Positions 47,385-59,934 of a stretch of 64,000 nucleotides of DNA are shown in pieces (the stretch's first letter is position 1; each line of letters starts with the position of its first letter). The notes under the pieces were generated by a model. It searched no databases, had not been told where the DNA came from, and saw only the letters and a program-made list of their open reading frames with translations. The position numbers were made by a program, and so were the translations under genes. Source of the DNA: Macrostomum hystrix (Eukaryota; Animalia; Platyhelminthes); assembly GCA_950097015.1 (NCBI GenBank), contig CATNEN010000024.1, positions 4,526,001-4,590,000 on the forward strand, read 5' to 3'.

Positions 47385-47885
47385 GGTTTTACAGTGGGGT
47401 GTCAGGTGAAGTAGCAGGTGTCAGGTTTTGCAGTGGGGTGTCAGGTGTAGTAGCGGGTGTCAGTTCGGAAGTGGGGTGTCAGGTTTTGAAGTGGTGTTTC
47501 AGGTGTAATAGCGGGTGTCAGGTTTTACCGTGGGGTGTAAGGTTTTGCAGTGGAGTGTCTGGTGTAGTAGCGGGTGTCACTTTTGGAAGTGGGATGTCAG
47601 ATTTTGAAGTAGTGTGTCAGGTTTTGGAGTGGTGTGTCAGGTGTAATAGCGGGTGTCTGGTTTTGCATAGGGGTGCCAGGTTTTGCATAGGGGTGTCAGG
47701 TTTCGCAGTGGGGTGTCAGGTTTTGGAGTGGTGTGTCAGGTGTAATAGCGGGTGTCTGGTTTTGCATAGGGGTGCCAGGTTTTGCATAGGGGTGCCAGGT
47801 TTTGCATAGGGGTGTCAGGTTTCGCAGTGGGGTGTCAGGTTTTGCAGTGGGTGTCAGGTGTAGTAGCGGGTGTCAGGTTTTGGTA
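47385..47885. repeat. irregular ~20-bp minisatellite (GGGTGTCAGGTTTTGCAGTG)n
   Basis: Degenerate tandem periodicity; shares a GGGTGTCAGG core with the array at 15625-16015. Confidence 0.85.
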
Positions 47886-48414
47886 GTTCAGGTTACATTG
47901 AATTTATCCGTTTGAGCATTAAGTGTGAATTCTTGAATTGATCGTGAGTGGCAATTAGGCTACAATGCTTGAAAGCAATGCCGCTTACCAATGTCTTTTG
48001 CAGACTACATGGGCAGTATTGTTCCTGGCTTATTGATTTTTATCCTTGATGTTGTCTGTGTCGCGCCTGGATTCACCTGGACAGATCGAATCTGGGCGGA
48101 GCCTGTCTTTGTTTGTCCTCTGCCTTTTTAGACAATGAAGAAGCGGCTCCCTCACAACAAGAGCTCAAATAGTCAAGAAGGTCATTCTATTAGCAATTTG
48201 TCTGCTTGAGCAGTTGAGCAGGGTTGAGAGCCAGTGCTTGAGTCAGAGCGTTTTTTCGATTTTTTGTGCTCAACCCACTTCAAATCATTCCATGCGCCCG
48301 TCCGCCTTCGCTGATTGGTCAGATTTTGGCATATAGAGTGTATAGACATGCATGTACTTGCTTATTTGAGCTTTTGACATAAAATATAGCTGCAACAAAC
48401 AATATTGAAAGCTG

Positions 48415-49565
48415 GGAGACATGAGAAACGGGACAGATGAGACACGAGACAGATGAGACACGGGGAGATGAGACACGGGAGAGATGAGACACGAGAGAGA
48501 TGAGACACGGGGGAGATGAGACATGGGAGAGATGAGACACGAGAGAGATGAGACACGAAACAGATGAGACACGGGGAGATGAGACACGGGAGAGATGAGA
48601 CACGAGAGAGATGAGACACGGGGGAGATGAGACACGAGAGAGATGAGGCACGGGAGAGATGAGACACGAGAGAGAGAGATGAGACACGGGGGAGATGAGA
48701 CACGAGGGAGATGAGACACGGGTGATATAAGACACGGGGGAGATGAGACACGAGAGAGATGAGACACGAGAGAGATGAGACACGAGAGAGATGAGACACG
48801 AGAGAGAGAGATGAGACATGGGGGAGATGAGACACGAGAGAGATGAGGCACGGGACAGATAAGACACGAGAGAGATGAGACACGGGGGAAATGAGACACG
48901 AGAGAGATGAGACACGGGAGAGATGAGACACGGGAGAGATGAGACACGAGAGAGATGAGACACGGGGGAGATGAGACACGAGGGAGATGAGGCACGGGAG
49001 AGATGAGACACGAGAGAGAGAGATGAGACACGGGGGAGATGAGACACGAGGGAGATGAGGCACGGGAGAGATGAGACACGAGAGAGAGAGATGAGACACG
49101 GGGGAGATGAGACACGAGAGAGATGAGACACGGGAGAGATGAGACACGAGAGAGATGAGACACGAGACAGATGAGACACGAGAGAGATGAGGCACGGGAG
49201 AGATGAGACACGAGAGAGATGAGACACGAGACAGATGAGACACGGGAGAGATGAGACACGAGAGAGATGAGACACGAGACAGATGAGACACGAGAGAGAT
49301 GAGACACGAGACAGATGAGACACGGGAGAGATGAGACACGGGAGAGATGAGACACGGGAGAGATGAGACACGGGAGAGATGAGAAACGAGAGAGATGAGA
49401 CACGGGGGAGATGAGACACGAGAGAAAGAGAGATGAGACACGGGGGAGATAAGACACGAGAGAAAGAGAGATGAGACACGAGAGAAAGAGAGATGAGACA
49501 CGAGAGAAAGAGAGATGAGACACGAGAGAGATGAGACACGAGAGAGAGAGTGATGAGACACGGTA
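48415..49565. repeat. 16-18-bp minisatellite (GAGATGAGACACGGGA)n
   Basis: Tandem periodicity; same family as 7790-8515 (opposite orientation) and 29320-30770. Confidence 0.96.
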
Positions 49566-50184
49566 TAGATGAGTCAGGGATACTTGTAATTGGCGAGGAA
49601 AAGTGAAAGACTCCGAGTTGATGGAAAACTGTTGAATAAGTCTAATTTAAAACACAGTTTCATCACACAACTCCGCATTGTAATATCAATGTACTGTATA
49701 TTTCTGTCAGTGCTCAGGAGTGCATTAGGTCAAGCCTCAATAGCAAGACCATATCCGGCTTCAGAGCACAGCTCAAACTCGTCCTCTTTTGGACTAAAAA
49801 ACCACAAATTTAAGAACTCAAAGATCAACCGGCCAGGAGTGTACCATACAGTCATTTCTTTGCTTGCACGTGTTGTTACACCGCTTGCAAACTCGGTAGA
49901 CTTGTGTGGCAGATCACCCACCCCACTCACCTCTCTCTCTTACTCACTGCAATCCCAATTTCAGCTTTTCTAGAGAGCGTTGCACGCAAATAAAATAATA
50001 AAAGCTGAATCGAACTCCGCATATGCAGTATTTGTTCTTTGGTATATTTTCGAGAGGACTCCTAATCTGACTACTCAATTTTAAGGATGAGTAGTATAAA
50101 AATCACGTTTCTGGTCTTATTTCTCCATTCGAGATTTAAAACTTTTCATTTTAATCCATCATCTATTAACTACATCGATACAGT

Positions 50185-50745
50185 CTCCATGATGTCTATC
50201 CCATCTTGTCACTCTGACACCTATCCCATCTACTCTCTCTGATGTCTATCCCATCTAGTCTCTCTGACATCTATCCCATCAAGTCTCTCTGACATCTATC
50301 CCATCTAGTCTCTCTGACATCTATCCCATCTAGTCTCTCTGACATCTATCCCATCAAGTCTCTCTGACATCTATCCCATCTAGTCTCTCTGACATCTATC
50401 CCATCAAGTCTCTCTGACATCTATCCCATCTAGTCTCTCTGACATCTATCCCATCTAGTCTCTCTGACATCTATCCCATCAAGTCTCTCTGACATCTATC
50501 CCATCTAGTCTCTCTGACATCTATCCCATCAAGTCTCTCTGACATCTATCCCATCTAGTCTCTCTGACATCTATCCCATCTAGTCTCTCTGACATCTATC
50601 CCATCTAGACTCTCTGACATCTATCCCATCTAGACTCTCTGACATCTATCCCATCTAGTCTCTCTGACATCTTCCCATCTAGTCTCTCTGACATCTATCC
50701 CATCTAGTCTCTCTGACATCTATCCCATCTAGTCTCTCTGAGATC
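50185..50745. repeat. 25-bp minisatellite (CTATCCCATCTAGTCTCTCTGACAT)n
   Basis: Tandem periodicity. Confidence 0.95.
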
Positions 50746-51174
50746 TCTGCTAGATGTGATCCCATGCCACTGACACGTGGCTAAATGAGCTATTTATTTG
50801 CTATCAGATTGTAGGGCAGGTGCTGTGAAAATGAAAACGAGACTAACCCAACATTAGCTAACTGAACAAATAAGTAGCATTTTATCATGAAATCAATCGA
50901 TTTTCGATTCAAAGTTTCAAAGTAAATTTAATGTTTAAAATGAAGAGCCAATTTTCAAGTGAGTTTGCGACACGCCGGTTAACATTTTGAGGTCTTGGGA
51001 AAAGTTTTGCATAGTCTCATATTACCGTTTGATTAGGTAAGGCTGGTTATACGTCTTAAACTGGAGAAAATTTAAAATACTTTTTTGTCCGCGTTTCATA
51101 AAACTAAAACTCCGAGTACGAGCGTATTACATCTAAACTGAGCCTTTACTGCTGTGATTCAATGATTAAGATTG

Positions 51175-52905
51175 GGGAAGAGAGTCATTGTCACGAAGAG
51201 TCATTGTCACGAAGAGTCATTGTCACGAAGATTCATTGTCACGAAGATTCATTGTCACGAAGAGTCATTGTCACGAAGATTCATTGTCACGAAGATTCAT
51301 TGTCACGAAGAGTCATTGTCACGAAGAGTCATTGTCACGAAGAGTCATTGTCATGAAGAGTCATTGTCACGAAGAGTCATTGTCACGAAGATTCATTGTC
51401 ACGAAGATTCATTGTCACGAAGAGTCATTGTCACGAAGAGTCATTGTCACGAAGATTCATTGTCACGAAGATTCATTGTCACGAAGAGTCATTGTCATGA
51501 AGAGTCATTGCCATGAAGAGTCATTGTCACGAAGATTCATTGTCACGAAGAGTCATTGTCACGAAGATTCATTGTCACGAAGATTCATTGTCACGAAGAT
51601 TCATTGTCACGAAGAGTCATTGTCACGAAGAGTCATTGTCACGAAGAGTCATTGTCATGAAGAGTCATTGTCACGAAGAGTCATTGTCACGAAGATTCAT
51701 TGTCACGAAGATTCATTGTCACGAAGAGTCATTGTCACGAAGATTCATTGTCACGAAGATTCATTGTCACGAAGATTCATTGTCACGAAGAGTCATTGTC
51801 ACGAAGAGTCATTGTCACGAAGAGTCATTGTCATGAAGAGTCATTGTCATGAAGATTCGTTGTCATGAAGAGTCATTGTCACGAAGAGTCATTGTCATGA
51901 AGAGTCATTGCTATGAAGAGTCATTGTCATGAAGAGTCATTGTCACGAAGATTCATTGTCACGAAGAGTCATTGTCACGAAGATTCATTGTCACGAAGAT
52001 TCATTGTCACGAAGAGTCATTGTCATGAAGAGTCATTGTCATGAAGAGTCATTGTCATGAAGAGTCATTGTCACGAAGAGTCATTGTCATGAAGAGTCAT
52101 TGTCATGAAGAGTCATTGCCACGAAGAGTCATTGTCATGAAGAGTCATTGTCATGAAGAGTCATTGTCACGAAGAGTCATTGTCATGAAGAGTCATTGTC
52201 ATGAAGAGTCATTGTCATGAAGAGTCATTGTCACGAAGAGTCATTGTCATGAAGAGTCATTGTCACGAAGATTCATTGTCACGAAGATTCATTGTCACGA
52301 AGAGTCATTGTCATGAAGAGTCATTGTCATGAAGAGTCATTGTCATGAAGAGTCATTGTCACGAAGAGTCATTGTCATGAAGAGTCATTGTCATGAAGAG
52401 TCATTGCCACGAAGATTCATTGTCATGAAGAGTCATTGTCATGAAGAGTCATTGTCATGAAGAGTCATTGTCATGAAGAGTCATTGTCATGAAGAGTCAT
52501 TGTCACGAAGAGTCATTGTCATGAAGAGTCATTGTCACGAAGATTCATTGTCACGAAGATTCATTGTCACGAAGAGTCATTGTCATGAAGAGTCGTTGTC
52601 ATGAAGAGTCATTGCCATGAAGAGTCATTGTCACGAAGAGTCATTGTCATGAAGAGTCATTGCCATGAAGAGTCATTGTCACGAAGAGTCATTGTCATGA
52701 AGAGTCATTGTCATGAAGATTCATTGTCATGAAGAGTCATTGTCATGAAGAGTCATTGTCATGAAGAGTCATTGTCATGAAGAGTCATTGTCATGAAGAG
52801 TCATTGTCATGAAGAGTCATTGTCATGAAGAGTCATTGTCATGAAGAGTCATTGTCATGAAGAGTCATTATCATGAAGAGTCATTGCTATGAAGAGTCAT
52901 TGTCC
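51175..52905. repeat. 16-bp minisatellite (GTCACGAAGAGTCATT)n, 1.7 kb
   Basis: More than 100 tandem units downstream of hunchback. Confidence 0.97.
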
Positions 52906-53223
52906 CCAGAAAGGTGAGAATATGTAGATAAGAAGTTACTGGGCAGGTCAGAAAACGTAGATAAGAGGTTTCTATCAAAGGTGAAAATGCTTACAAAGGA
53001 AAAGAATTATACCTGTAAGAGATGACTGGACAGAGGTAAGATGTATAGTGACTGGAGAGAGTATGACTCAAGAAAAGATTTATTGTCACGAAAAGAGTCA
53101 TTATCTAAAAAATATTCATCGTCATGAAGAATGTCCTTGTCACTTTTTTCCAACAGGTAATTTATACTCTAATATATAAAATCATGCTCAATTAATTTTT
53201 TGCTTAAAATCAAGGCACTTAAA

Positions 53224-56200
53224 TCAGTGATGCGCGGCCCTGTACAAGTGCATGTTGAAGCCGACCTCGCTGAATGCCTGGAAGCCGCACCCGCTGCATC
53301 GGAACGGATTTCCGGGCGAGTGATAGCCCAGGTGCATGACGCACATGACCAGGTCGCTGAATCCAATGCCACAGTGCCGACATTCCAGTGGTCCGCCTGG
53401 TGACAATGGCTCACGCTTCAACGGCGACGGCTGCGGCGGCGGAACAAAGAAGCCGCTAAATGGTGGCAGCTGCTGCATTGAAGCAACTGCAGCCGCCGCA
53501 GCGGCCGCCGCCATCGCCATGGTTACTGGCGTTGGCGCTGATGGCGTCGTCTGGTTCGGCACAGGAGCAACCATCGACAACGAACGAGTAACTGTCGCCG
53601 CCTGACGGACTGTCGTCGTGGACGTCGCTCGTCTTTGACGTCCAGCTTTGCCTCCGCCAGTGCCGCCAGTGTTGCCTCCGCCGCTGCTGCTGCTAGCTTC
53701 GCCGCAATGTCCGAAGCGTCTCGTGTGCAGGTGCAGGTTATGCACAAATTTGGTGGTGAAGCCGCAGTCCAGGCAGCGATTCGCACGGCTGCTGGAGTGG
53801 CTGCGCAGGTGCGAATTCAGCATCGACCGGTTGATGCAAGCGTAGTCGCAGTGCGGGCATTTGTAAGGCCTGGAGCCGGAGTGATTGGCCGTATGGTACT
53901 TCATGTGGTGCTTGTACTCGGTCACGAACGGGCATTGCGAGCAGCGCAGCACCCGGCCGGGCCTCATGTGCTGCACTCGGTGGCGCCAGAACTCCTCCTG
54001 GGATTAGACAGTTCGAGCGGGAGAGCTTTGGAAAAGAGCTGACTCAAACTGGGATTGATCAATTAAACAGGTGAGAATATGTAGATAAGTGCTAAGGATT
54101 GGAACAGGTGAGAATATTTAGTTAAACGATAAGGATTGGAACAGGTGAGAATATGTAGATAAGAGGTTACTAGAACAGGTAAGAATAGGAAAAAAAGTGA
54201 CAGGAACGGGTGAGAATACGTGGATAAGAAGTGACAGGAACAGGTGAGAATACGTAGATACGAAGTGGCTGGAACAGGTGAGAATACGTAGATTAGAAGT
54301 GACTGGAACAGGTGAGAATACGCAGATACGAAGTGACTGGAACAGGTGAGAATACGTAGATTAGAAGTGACTGGAACAATTAAGAATACGTAGATAAGAA
54401 GTGACTGGAAGAGGTGAGAATACGTAGATTAGAAGTGACAGGAACAGGTGAGAATACGTAGATAAGAAGTGACAGGAACAGGTGAGAAAAGGCATATATT
54501 GAAGTGAATATCGGTCGGAAAGCATAGGTAAGAAAGTGTCGCTAAAAATTGTATTAAATCTGGAAGCAAATACGCGCATCTCTGGAGAAAACTGCTTAAG
54601 TAGAAAAAGTTCATTTTTTCATTCAGAATAGAACGAGTGTTTGGCCATCTACTGCAAGCTAGAATACACCCTGATAAGTAGCCACTTCTGGCCTCCTTTT
54701 GTTCCCCGGCAGCAACAAAAAAGAGGAATTGTATAATTTGAAGTGTTTGCGCAACTAAAAAGGGTTTGAATGCGAGTGCCCACCACCACACAGCCGTCCG
54801 CTGGCTGTTCGAGCACCTCTGATTGACAAGTCGTCCGGTTGCTGCCGCTTGGCGAAAAAATGATGCCATCTCACACCTCTAATTTTTTCTCGCACTGCCC
54901 CTTGAATGCCCATTCCCCCCCCCCTTGTGCTTCATCCTTCTCCCGCGCATCTTCCAACATTCCCAACTCACACGGCCGGTGAGTAGCGAATGTAAACACA
55001 GCATTAGGTCTCAGTTTGAGCATACTCCAAACTGGCTTTTGCCCGCCCCGATTCCGTTTTTTCGCCGTGGGAACTGGCACCAGCTGGTCGCTCTGGTAAC
55101 ACATTTTTAGCATTAATATTTTTTCAGCAAAGTAAAAGAAGAGCAGAAGAAGTGGGAGAGAGGAATGGAGGCGGAGAAGTTTCTTAGATTTTTTTCTCAT
55201 TGAGCAAATCAGAAATGTTTTAATACTCTTTATTAGGGATTGAGCGGCCGAACGGTTGCACCAAGGTCCCTGAACTCGATTCCTCGGCGAGGCCACGTTC
55301 ATTTGGGACGCAGCCGCGGAGGCAAGGGGGCTTGGCATTTCATGCCCTTGAGGGCCCAGCTTCAAAGGCGCAGTGAGATTGTACACTGCCTAACAATGAA
55401 AAAGTCAGGGCAGCTGGTTTCAGGAGGTCAGCGGAAATGCAGAATTGCCTATTTTATAGGATTCACCCTAATTATGACATCCCATCATAAACTATCTCCT
55501 TACTTTGCTCTGCAGTATAGTGCAACAGATTTTGCATCTGAGTTGATTTGCACTGGGTCCGCCGCCGACGCCGCCGCCGCCGCCGCTGCCATCGACTCCG
55601 CCTGCGTCGCCGCTGACGCTGTCGTGACTATTCAACATTGTTTTATTTTGTCAATTAAGTATTTTTTATTCAAATAAGCTACCTTGATATTGCGGACAAT
55701 TTAAGCTCATCAGTGTTTCACCAGTGTTGCTTTATATAGCCAGTTTTTCTCTCATCTTCTCAGCGTTCAACCAAAGGTGGGAACTATTTGCTATTGCACA
55801 ACACTTCTGCTGCTGCCGAAGTAGCATTGGAAGGAGGGAGGGGGAGAGAGAGAAGGGGTAAGTCGGGGGCAGAACTGGGAAGAATTGTTTTGAGCCAACA
55901 GAGCCTGGTAATTCAATGCTGGTAGATTAGTTTGTGTTACGAGTTGGAATGAAAATATACAGTTTTCTACTGAGTTGAGATTCTGTAGAGGATTAACTAG
56001 ATTATGAAGATTCAGGTCATTGTTGACAGTCAGGGCAGTTCAGTCAGGACATTGTGGACAGTCAGGACATTGCTGACAGTCAGGACATTGCTGACAGTCA
56101 GGACATTGCTGACAGTCTGGACATTGCTGACAGTCAGGACATTGCTGACAGTCTGGACATTGCTGACAGTCAGGACATTGCTGACAGTCCGGGAAACGAG

Positions 56201-56562
56201 TTACGAGTCAGTAAAACTATTTTTAGGACTACAAAAACTGCAACTAGAATTCCATAACTGTTAAGTCGAACTGTCGAAAAATGTCTTGCGTTATGAACAT
56301 ACATTGCTACTTGCGAATGGGCAGTAGGCAGATTAGAAAATTTGTTTTACGTGTAAAGTTACAGTTCGAGAATCATAAGAAAATAGAAACTTTCGAGTTT
56401 GTTCTTGCATCAGAATGAGAGTACGTAGGTGCGTGAAAGCAACAAACTGACTCGAAAATGTAAATTATATTTTCCTAAAAGTAGGAAAAAGTATGCTCTA
56501 AACTGTCTCGGTTAATTCAGTTCACCCAGCAACAACAAAGACGAATAATAATGTGTGTGAGT

Positions 56563-56605
<43 letters not shown>

Positions 56606-57643
56606 TGTGTGTGTGTGTGTTGAGGCGGCAACAAAGGCCTTCCAAACACTGTTATCAAAACTGACTCCGCTCGCGACATCAAAGAAAACAATGCGCCAGC
56701 CGGTGTGTCCCAATTTCTCTTGCTCAAAGATTTGAGCACACGCCGGTTTGTAAGTAGGCGGAGAGATCGGACCCCCGTCCGGCGGCTTTGGGTTTGGGCT
56801 GGGCTATGGGCCACGTGACAAATAAATTAGCCAAGCCGACACCCGCTAGACAGCTCAGGTGATTGATGACGCAGGTTTATTAAAAAGCTGAAATTTCGCC
56901 GCCGATAAAGGGGCCGGAGCTGTCGCTGGCCTCCGCTCCGCAACCGTCCAGATGTGTCTCACCTCCATATATTTCTCCCATTTTCCTCTCTCTCCCTCAA
57001 AGCCGCGACGCGGCGGCTTCCTTCTTCATTTCCCCTCGGGCCCACGCCTCAGTGAGATCAGGCCGTCTTGTTTCTCTATACTCTCTCAAGCAATTTTGCC
57101 GGCTGACGGGCGGGGGGACACACACCAGGGCGGGCCGGTGTTGCGGCCGGCGAACAACAACCTGACAACTCGAGCGGGCATCGCTGACGATGATGTCTTC
57201 TCCTGGCTTTACACTCGGCCAGTCGGCCTAGCAACTAAACTCGAGAGAACTCATTGCCCAGACCGAGGCAGGGAGAGAGAAAGTGAGGGGAGGAGACGAG
57301 ACAGGGGACTAGCGGCAACAGCAGCAGCCACCCCTGATACGACTGGCTTTTTTCGAGGACCCAAAAAGCCATCCTCTGCGGCCTCCCGCTGTCCCGGCAA
57401 CCCCCGACCCACCTGTCACCCAGGTCCTCGCCCATCTCCCCCGCTGTAATTCGATTATCCACCGTTGCTCCTGTCTGACGTCTCTCTCTCTGCCTTTCTG
57501 ATTCTTCCCGGGCCCACTCCAGTCCTGAGGGCTTCGTCAGCTCACCGAACTCGCTCCGATCCCCAAATCCGCTCAACCCCTTACCCCGGTGATTCGCCTT
57601 ACCTTAGCGACATCGCATCATGTTCAGCCTGCCGATGCCGCAT
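53224..57643 (-). CDS. hb: hunchback C2H2 zinc-finger transcription factor (six fingers, ~312 aa)
   Basis: Exons 57643-57603 (start uncertain), 55627-55504, 53997-53224; phases 2,0. Four DNA-binding fingers (CKICC..EEFWRHRVQH; CSQCPFVTEYKHHMKYH; CPHCDYACINRSMLNSHLRSH; CLDCGFTTKF..LHTRRFGH) and two C-terminal fingers (CRHCGIGF..MHLGYH; FRCSGC..HLYRAAH), all typical of hunchback. Confidence 0.9.
54065..54490. repeat. ~34-bp minisatellite (GAACAGGTGAGAATACGTAGATAAGAAGTGACTG)n in the last hunchback intron
   Basis: Tandem periodicity near the 3' splice site; on the sense strand each unit carries CTCACCTG. Confidence 0.92.
55236..55413 (+). mobile_element. SINE copy F (5' half) in a hunchback intron
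   Basis: GCACCAAGGTCCCTGAACTCGATTCC (B-box-like)...TTTGGGACGCAGCCGC...CCTTGAGG...CAGTGAGATTGTACACTGCCTAACAATGAAAAAGTCAGGGCAG is collinear with copy B. Confidence 0.75.
56030..56190. repeat. 18-bp minisatellite (GACAGTCAGGACATTGCT)n
   Basis: Tandem periodicity. Confidence 0.92.
56553..56620. repeat. (GT)n microsatellite
   Basis: Dinucleotide run with GTGA interruptions. Confidence 0.95.
56810..56910. promoter_or_regulatory. candidate intronic enhancer of hunchback
   Basis: Within ~100 bp of non-repetitive intron: CACGTG, AATAAATTA, CAGGTG, TGATTGAT, TTTATTAA and GATAAG motifs. Motif presence only. Confidence 0.3.
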
Positions 57644-57779
57644 CGCGGGCTGAGCAGCTCATCACTATGCAAGCAGTGTCCGGGGGGCACTGACTTAGGT
57701 CTGACCGTTGAGCAGGCTTTGGCTGCCCGGTTGTGTCTGGGCCATCTGCACAGCAAATCTCTGGGGTTTTGGGATAAGA

Positions 57780-58320
57780 GCGTATGAGTAGAAATTCAGG
57801 GAGTTTTGAGTAGGAATTCAGGGAAAGTGTGCGGAGGAATTCAGAGAGTTTTTAGTAGAAATTCAGGGAAGGTGTGAGTAAGAACTCAGCGAAGGTGTGA
57901 GTAGGAACTCAGGGAAGGTGTGAGTAGGAATTCAGGGAAGGTGTGAGTAAGAACTCAGCGAAGGTGTGAGTAGGAATTCAGGGAAGGTGTGAGTAGGAAT
58001 TCAGGGAAGGTGTGAGTAAGAACTCAGCGAAGGTGTGAGTAGAAATTCAGGGAAGGTGTGAGTAAGAACTCAGCGAAGGTGTGAGTAGGAATTCAGGGAA
58101 GATGTGAGTTAGAATTCAGAGAGTTTTGAGTAGAAATTCAGGGACTTTTTAGTAGAAATTCAGGGAAGGTGTGAGTAGGAATTCAGGGAGTTGTGAGTAG
58201 AAATTCGGGGAGTTTTAAGCAGAAAATGAAGGAAGTTTTAGTAGAAATTCAGTGTGTGAGTAGAAGTTCAGGGAGTGTGTGAGTAGAAGTTCAGGGAGTG
58301 CGTGAGTAGAAGTTCAGTCG
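57780..58320. repeat. ~23-bp minisatellite (GAGTAGGAATTCAGGGAAGGTGT)n
   Basis: Tandem periodicity in a hunchback leader intron. Confidence 0.92.
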
Positions 58321-58475
58321 AGGATGTTAGGAGCCTCAGATAGCGAGTAATTTTTACCACAAAGAATCAGTTTCAAAGTTCAGTAAAGAATAATGTGGAT
58401 AGTTTCTATCCATTGTGAGAAATGCAGAATTACACGAAGCGAATTGATTGGCAGAGGGAGTGAGACAGTGCTCAC

Positions 58476-58851
58476 CGGGACGGTATGGCATGGATGACCA
58501 TTGCTGCGACTGCGGTATCCATGGCCAGTTTCTGTCTCCAGGGAGTGCCAGTCGAGTAGGACAGGTGGTTGCGGGCCGGACATGAATAATGCAGCCGCAG
58601 AACCGATTGCCGGGCAAGTCAATGGGGATGCGTGAGAGACCGGGTGGAATCCTCCGGTGGGATTTCCCCCTAAAGGAAGTAGAAACAAGAGGGGAGAAAA
58701 GTAGAAATCCCATGCCCCAAAATCGTTCCTCTTCATTCCCTGCATATATTGCCGATTAAGTTCGCGATCAGGCCACATTCTATCTATCTATCTATCTATC
58801 TATTTATCTATCTATTTATTTATCTATCTATCTATTTATCTATCTATTTAT

Positions 58852-58921
<70 letters not shown>

Positions 58922-58922
58922 G

Positions 58923-58957
<35 letters not shown>

Positions 58958-59700
58958 GTCTATCTATCTATCTGTCTATCTATCTATCTATCTATCTATC
59001 TGTCTAAATATATGCCACATGTCTAGCTGAAATCTAATCGCCAGCATTCAGATAAAAAGTCCAAATGAGCTCGCACACAGGTCTATCCTTTATCCAAGTT
59101 TCACTCTCTTCATTCAGAATTTTCACTATAAAAATCTATTCCCTCGATTCAGTCTCCCAAAAATTTCTACTGCAGCGTAATTTCTCTTTCAATCCACTCT
59201 CTTTCCCAAATGCCTCTCTATCCCAACTCTCTCTCTCTCTCCTCAGGTTCTTCTACCATAGTAGAAGCAGCAGCAGCAACAAAAACCCACTGCTGCTGCT
59301 CACCTTGGGCCCTTTTTCTCTCTCTTTTTTCTACCAGCGGGATGAAATTGGGGAAAATTTTGGTGTAGCTCCGCCGGTGGCGGGGCGGAGGGAGGGAATT
59401 TGGCTGCTCAGAAACCCCAGGAGAGAGTTTTTGCCCGTGTGCCACGGAACTTTCGTCCGATTCTCTCTTCCACTCTCTCTCTCTCTCTACTTTCTCTTCA
59501 AACTGCTCGCCCAGGTCTTCGAGCTAGTCCTTCATCAATATACGTCAGATCCACTGGATGGCCGCTGCACCTCTCTCTCTCCCTGTTCCTCATTCTCTCG
59601 CAGCACAAGGTGGAGTCCGCTCCTGCCTCTCTCTCTCTCGATGAGGTTGCAGCTAAAATTCAGTACCATAGATGGGACTCGGAGATGGGGCAGAGCGAAG
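58476..59700 (-). other. putative upstream (leader) exons of hunchback: 58669-58476 and an exon ending at 59304
   Basis: Acceptor CTTCCTTTAG|GGGG at 58669; donors CCG|GTGAGC at 58476 and AAG|GTGAGC at 59304; same strand as hb and separated by repeat-filled introns like those in the other genes. Confidence 0.5.
58780..59005. repeat. (TATC)n microsatellite
   Basis: Tetranucleotide run. Confidence 0.96.
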
Positions 59701-59934
59701 CCGACGCTCCAAGTCCCCCCTTCAATTTCAAAATCAATAATTAACCAATCACTCTGGCAGTCAGTTCCAATCAGTCGAACTGGGAAAGGACAGTCAAGGT
59801 TGTGCCACCTTGGCAAACCTTTCTCAAATGAGATCAGCCAGAAAAATTTTCCCATGTTTTTCTTGTTTTTATGCTGTTTCTATACTGAGTAATGATTGGG
59901 AACAGTCCACTTTGGCATGAGTTTTGGGGTAATC

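Noticed and set aside
49590-49973. Possible retroelement fragment
   Set aside because: No diagnostic RT or endonuclease motif could be identified; left unannotated.
53060-53223. Nanos response element or Pumilio site in the hb 3' UTR
   Set aside because: No GUUGU...AUUGUA or UGUAHAUA motif is visible on the sense strand before the repeat array begins.
53224-53997. Ikaros-family assignment
   Set aside because: Finger sequences (PFVTEYKHH, SMLNSH, MHLGYH, AAH terminus) fit hunchback better.
54429-55677. ORFs of 145-170 aa in the last hb intron
   Set aside because: They span a minisatellite and a SINE copy, have no phase-compatible splice sites and no recognisable domain.
57625-57670. C/D-box snoRNA (GTGATGA...CTGA) on the minus strand
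   Set aside because: Only ~40 nt between the boxes, no terminal stem, and it overlaps the hb start region.
59065-59892. 275-aa plus-strand ORF
   Set aside because: Low-complexity CT-rich sequence rich in Leu/Ser/Phe, antisense to the putative hb leader; no domain or codon signal.
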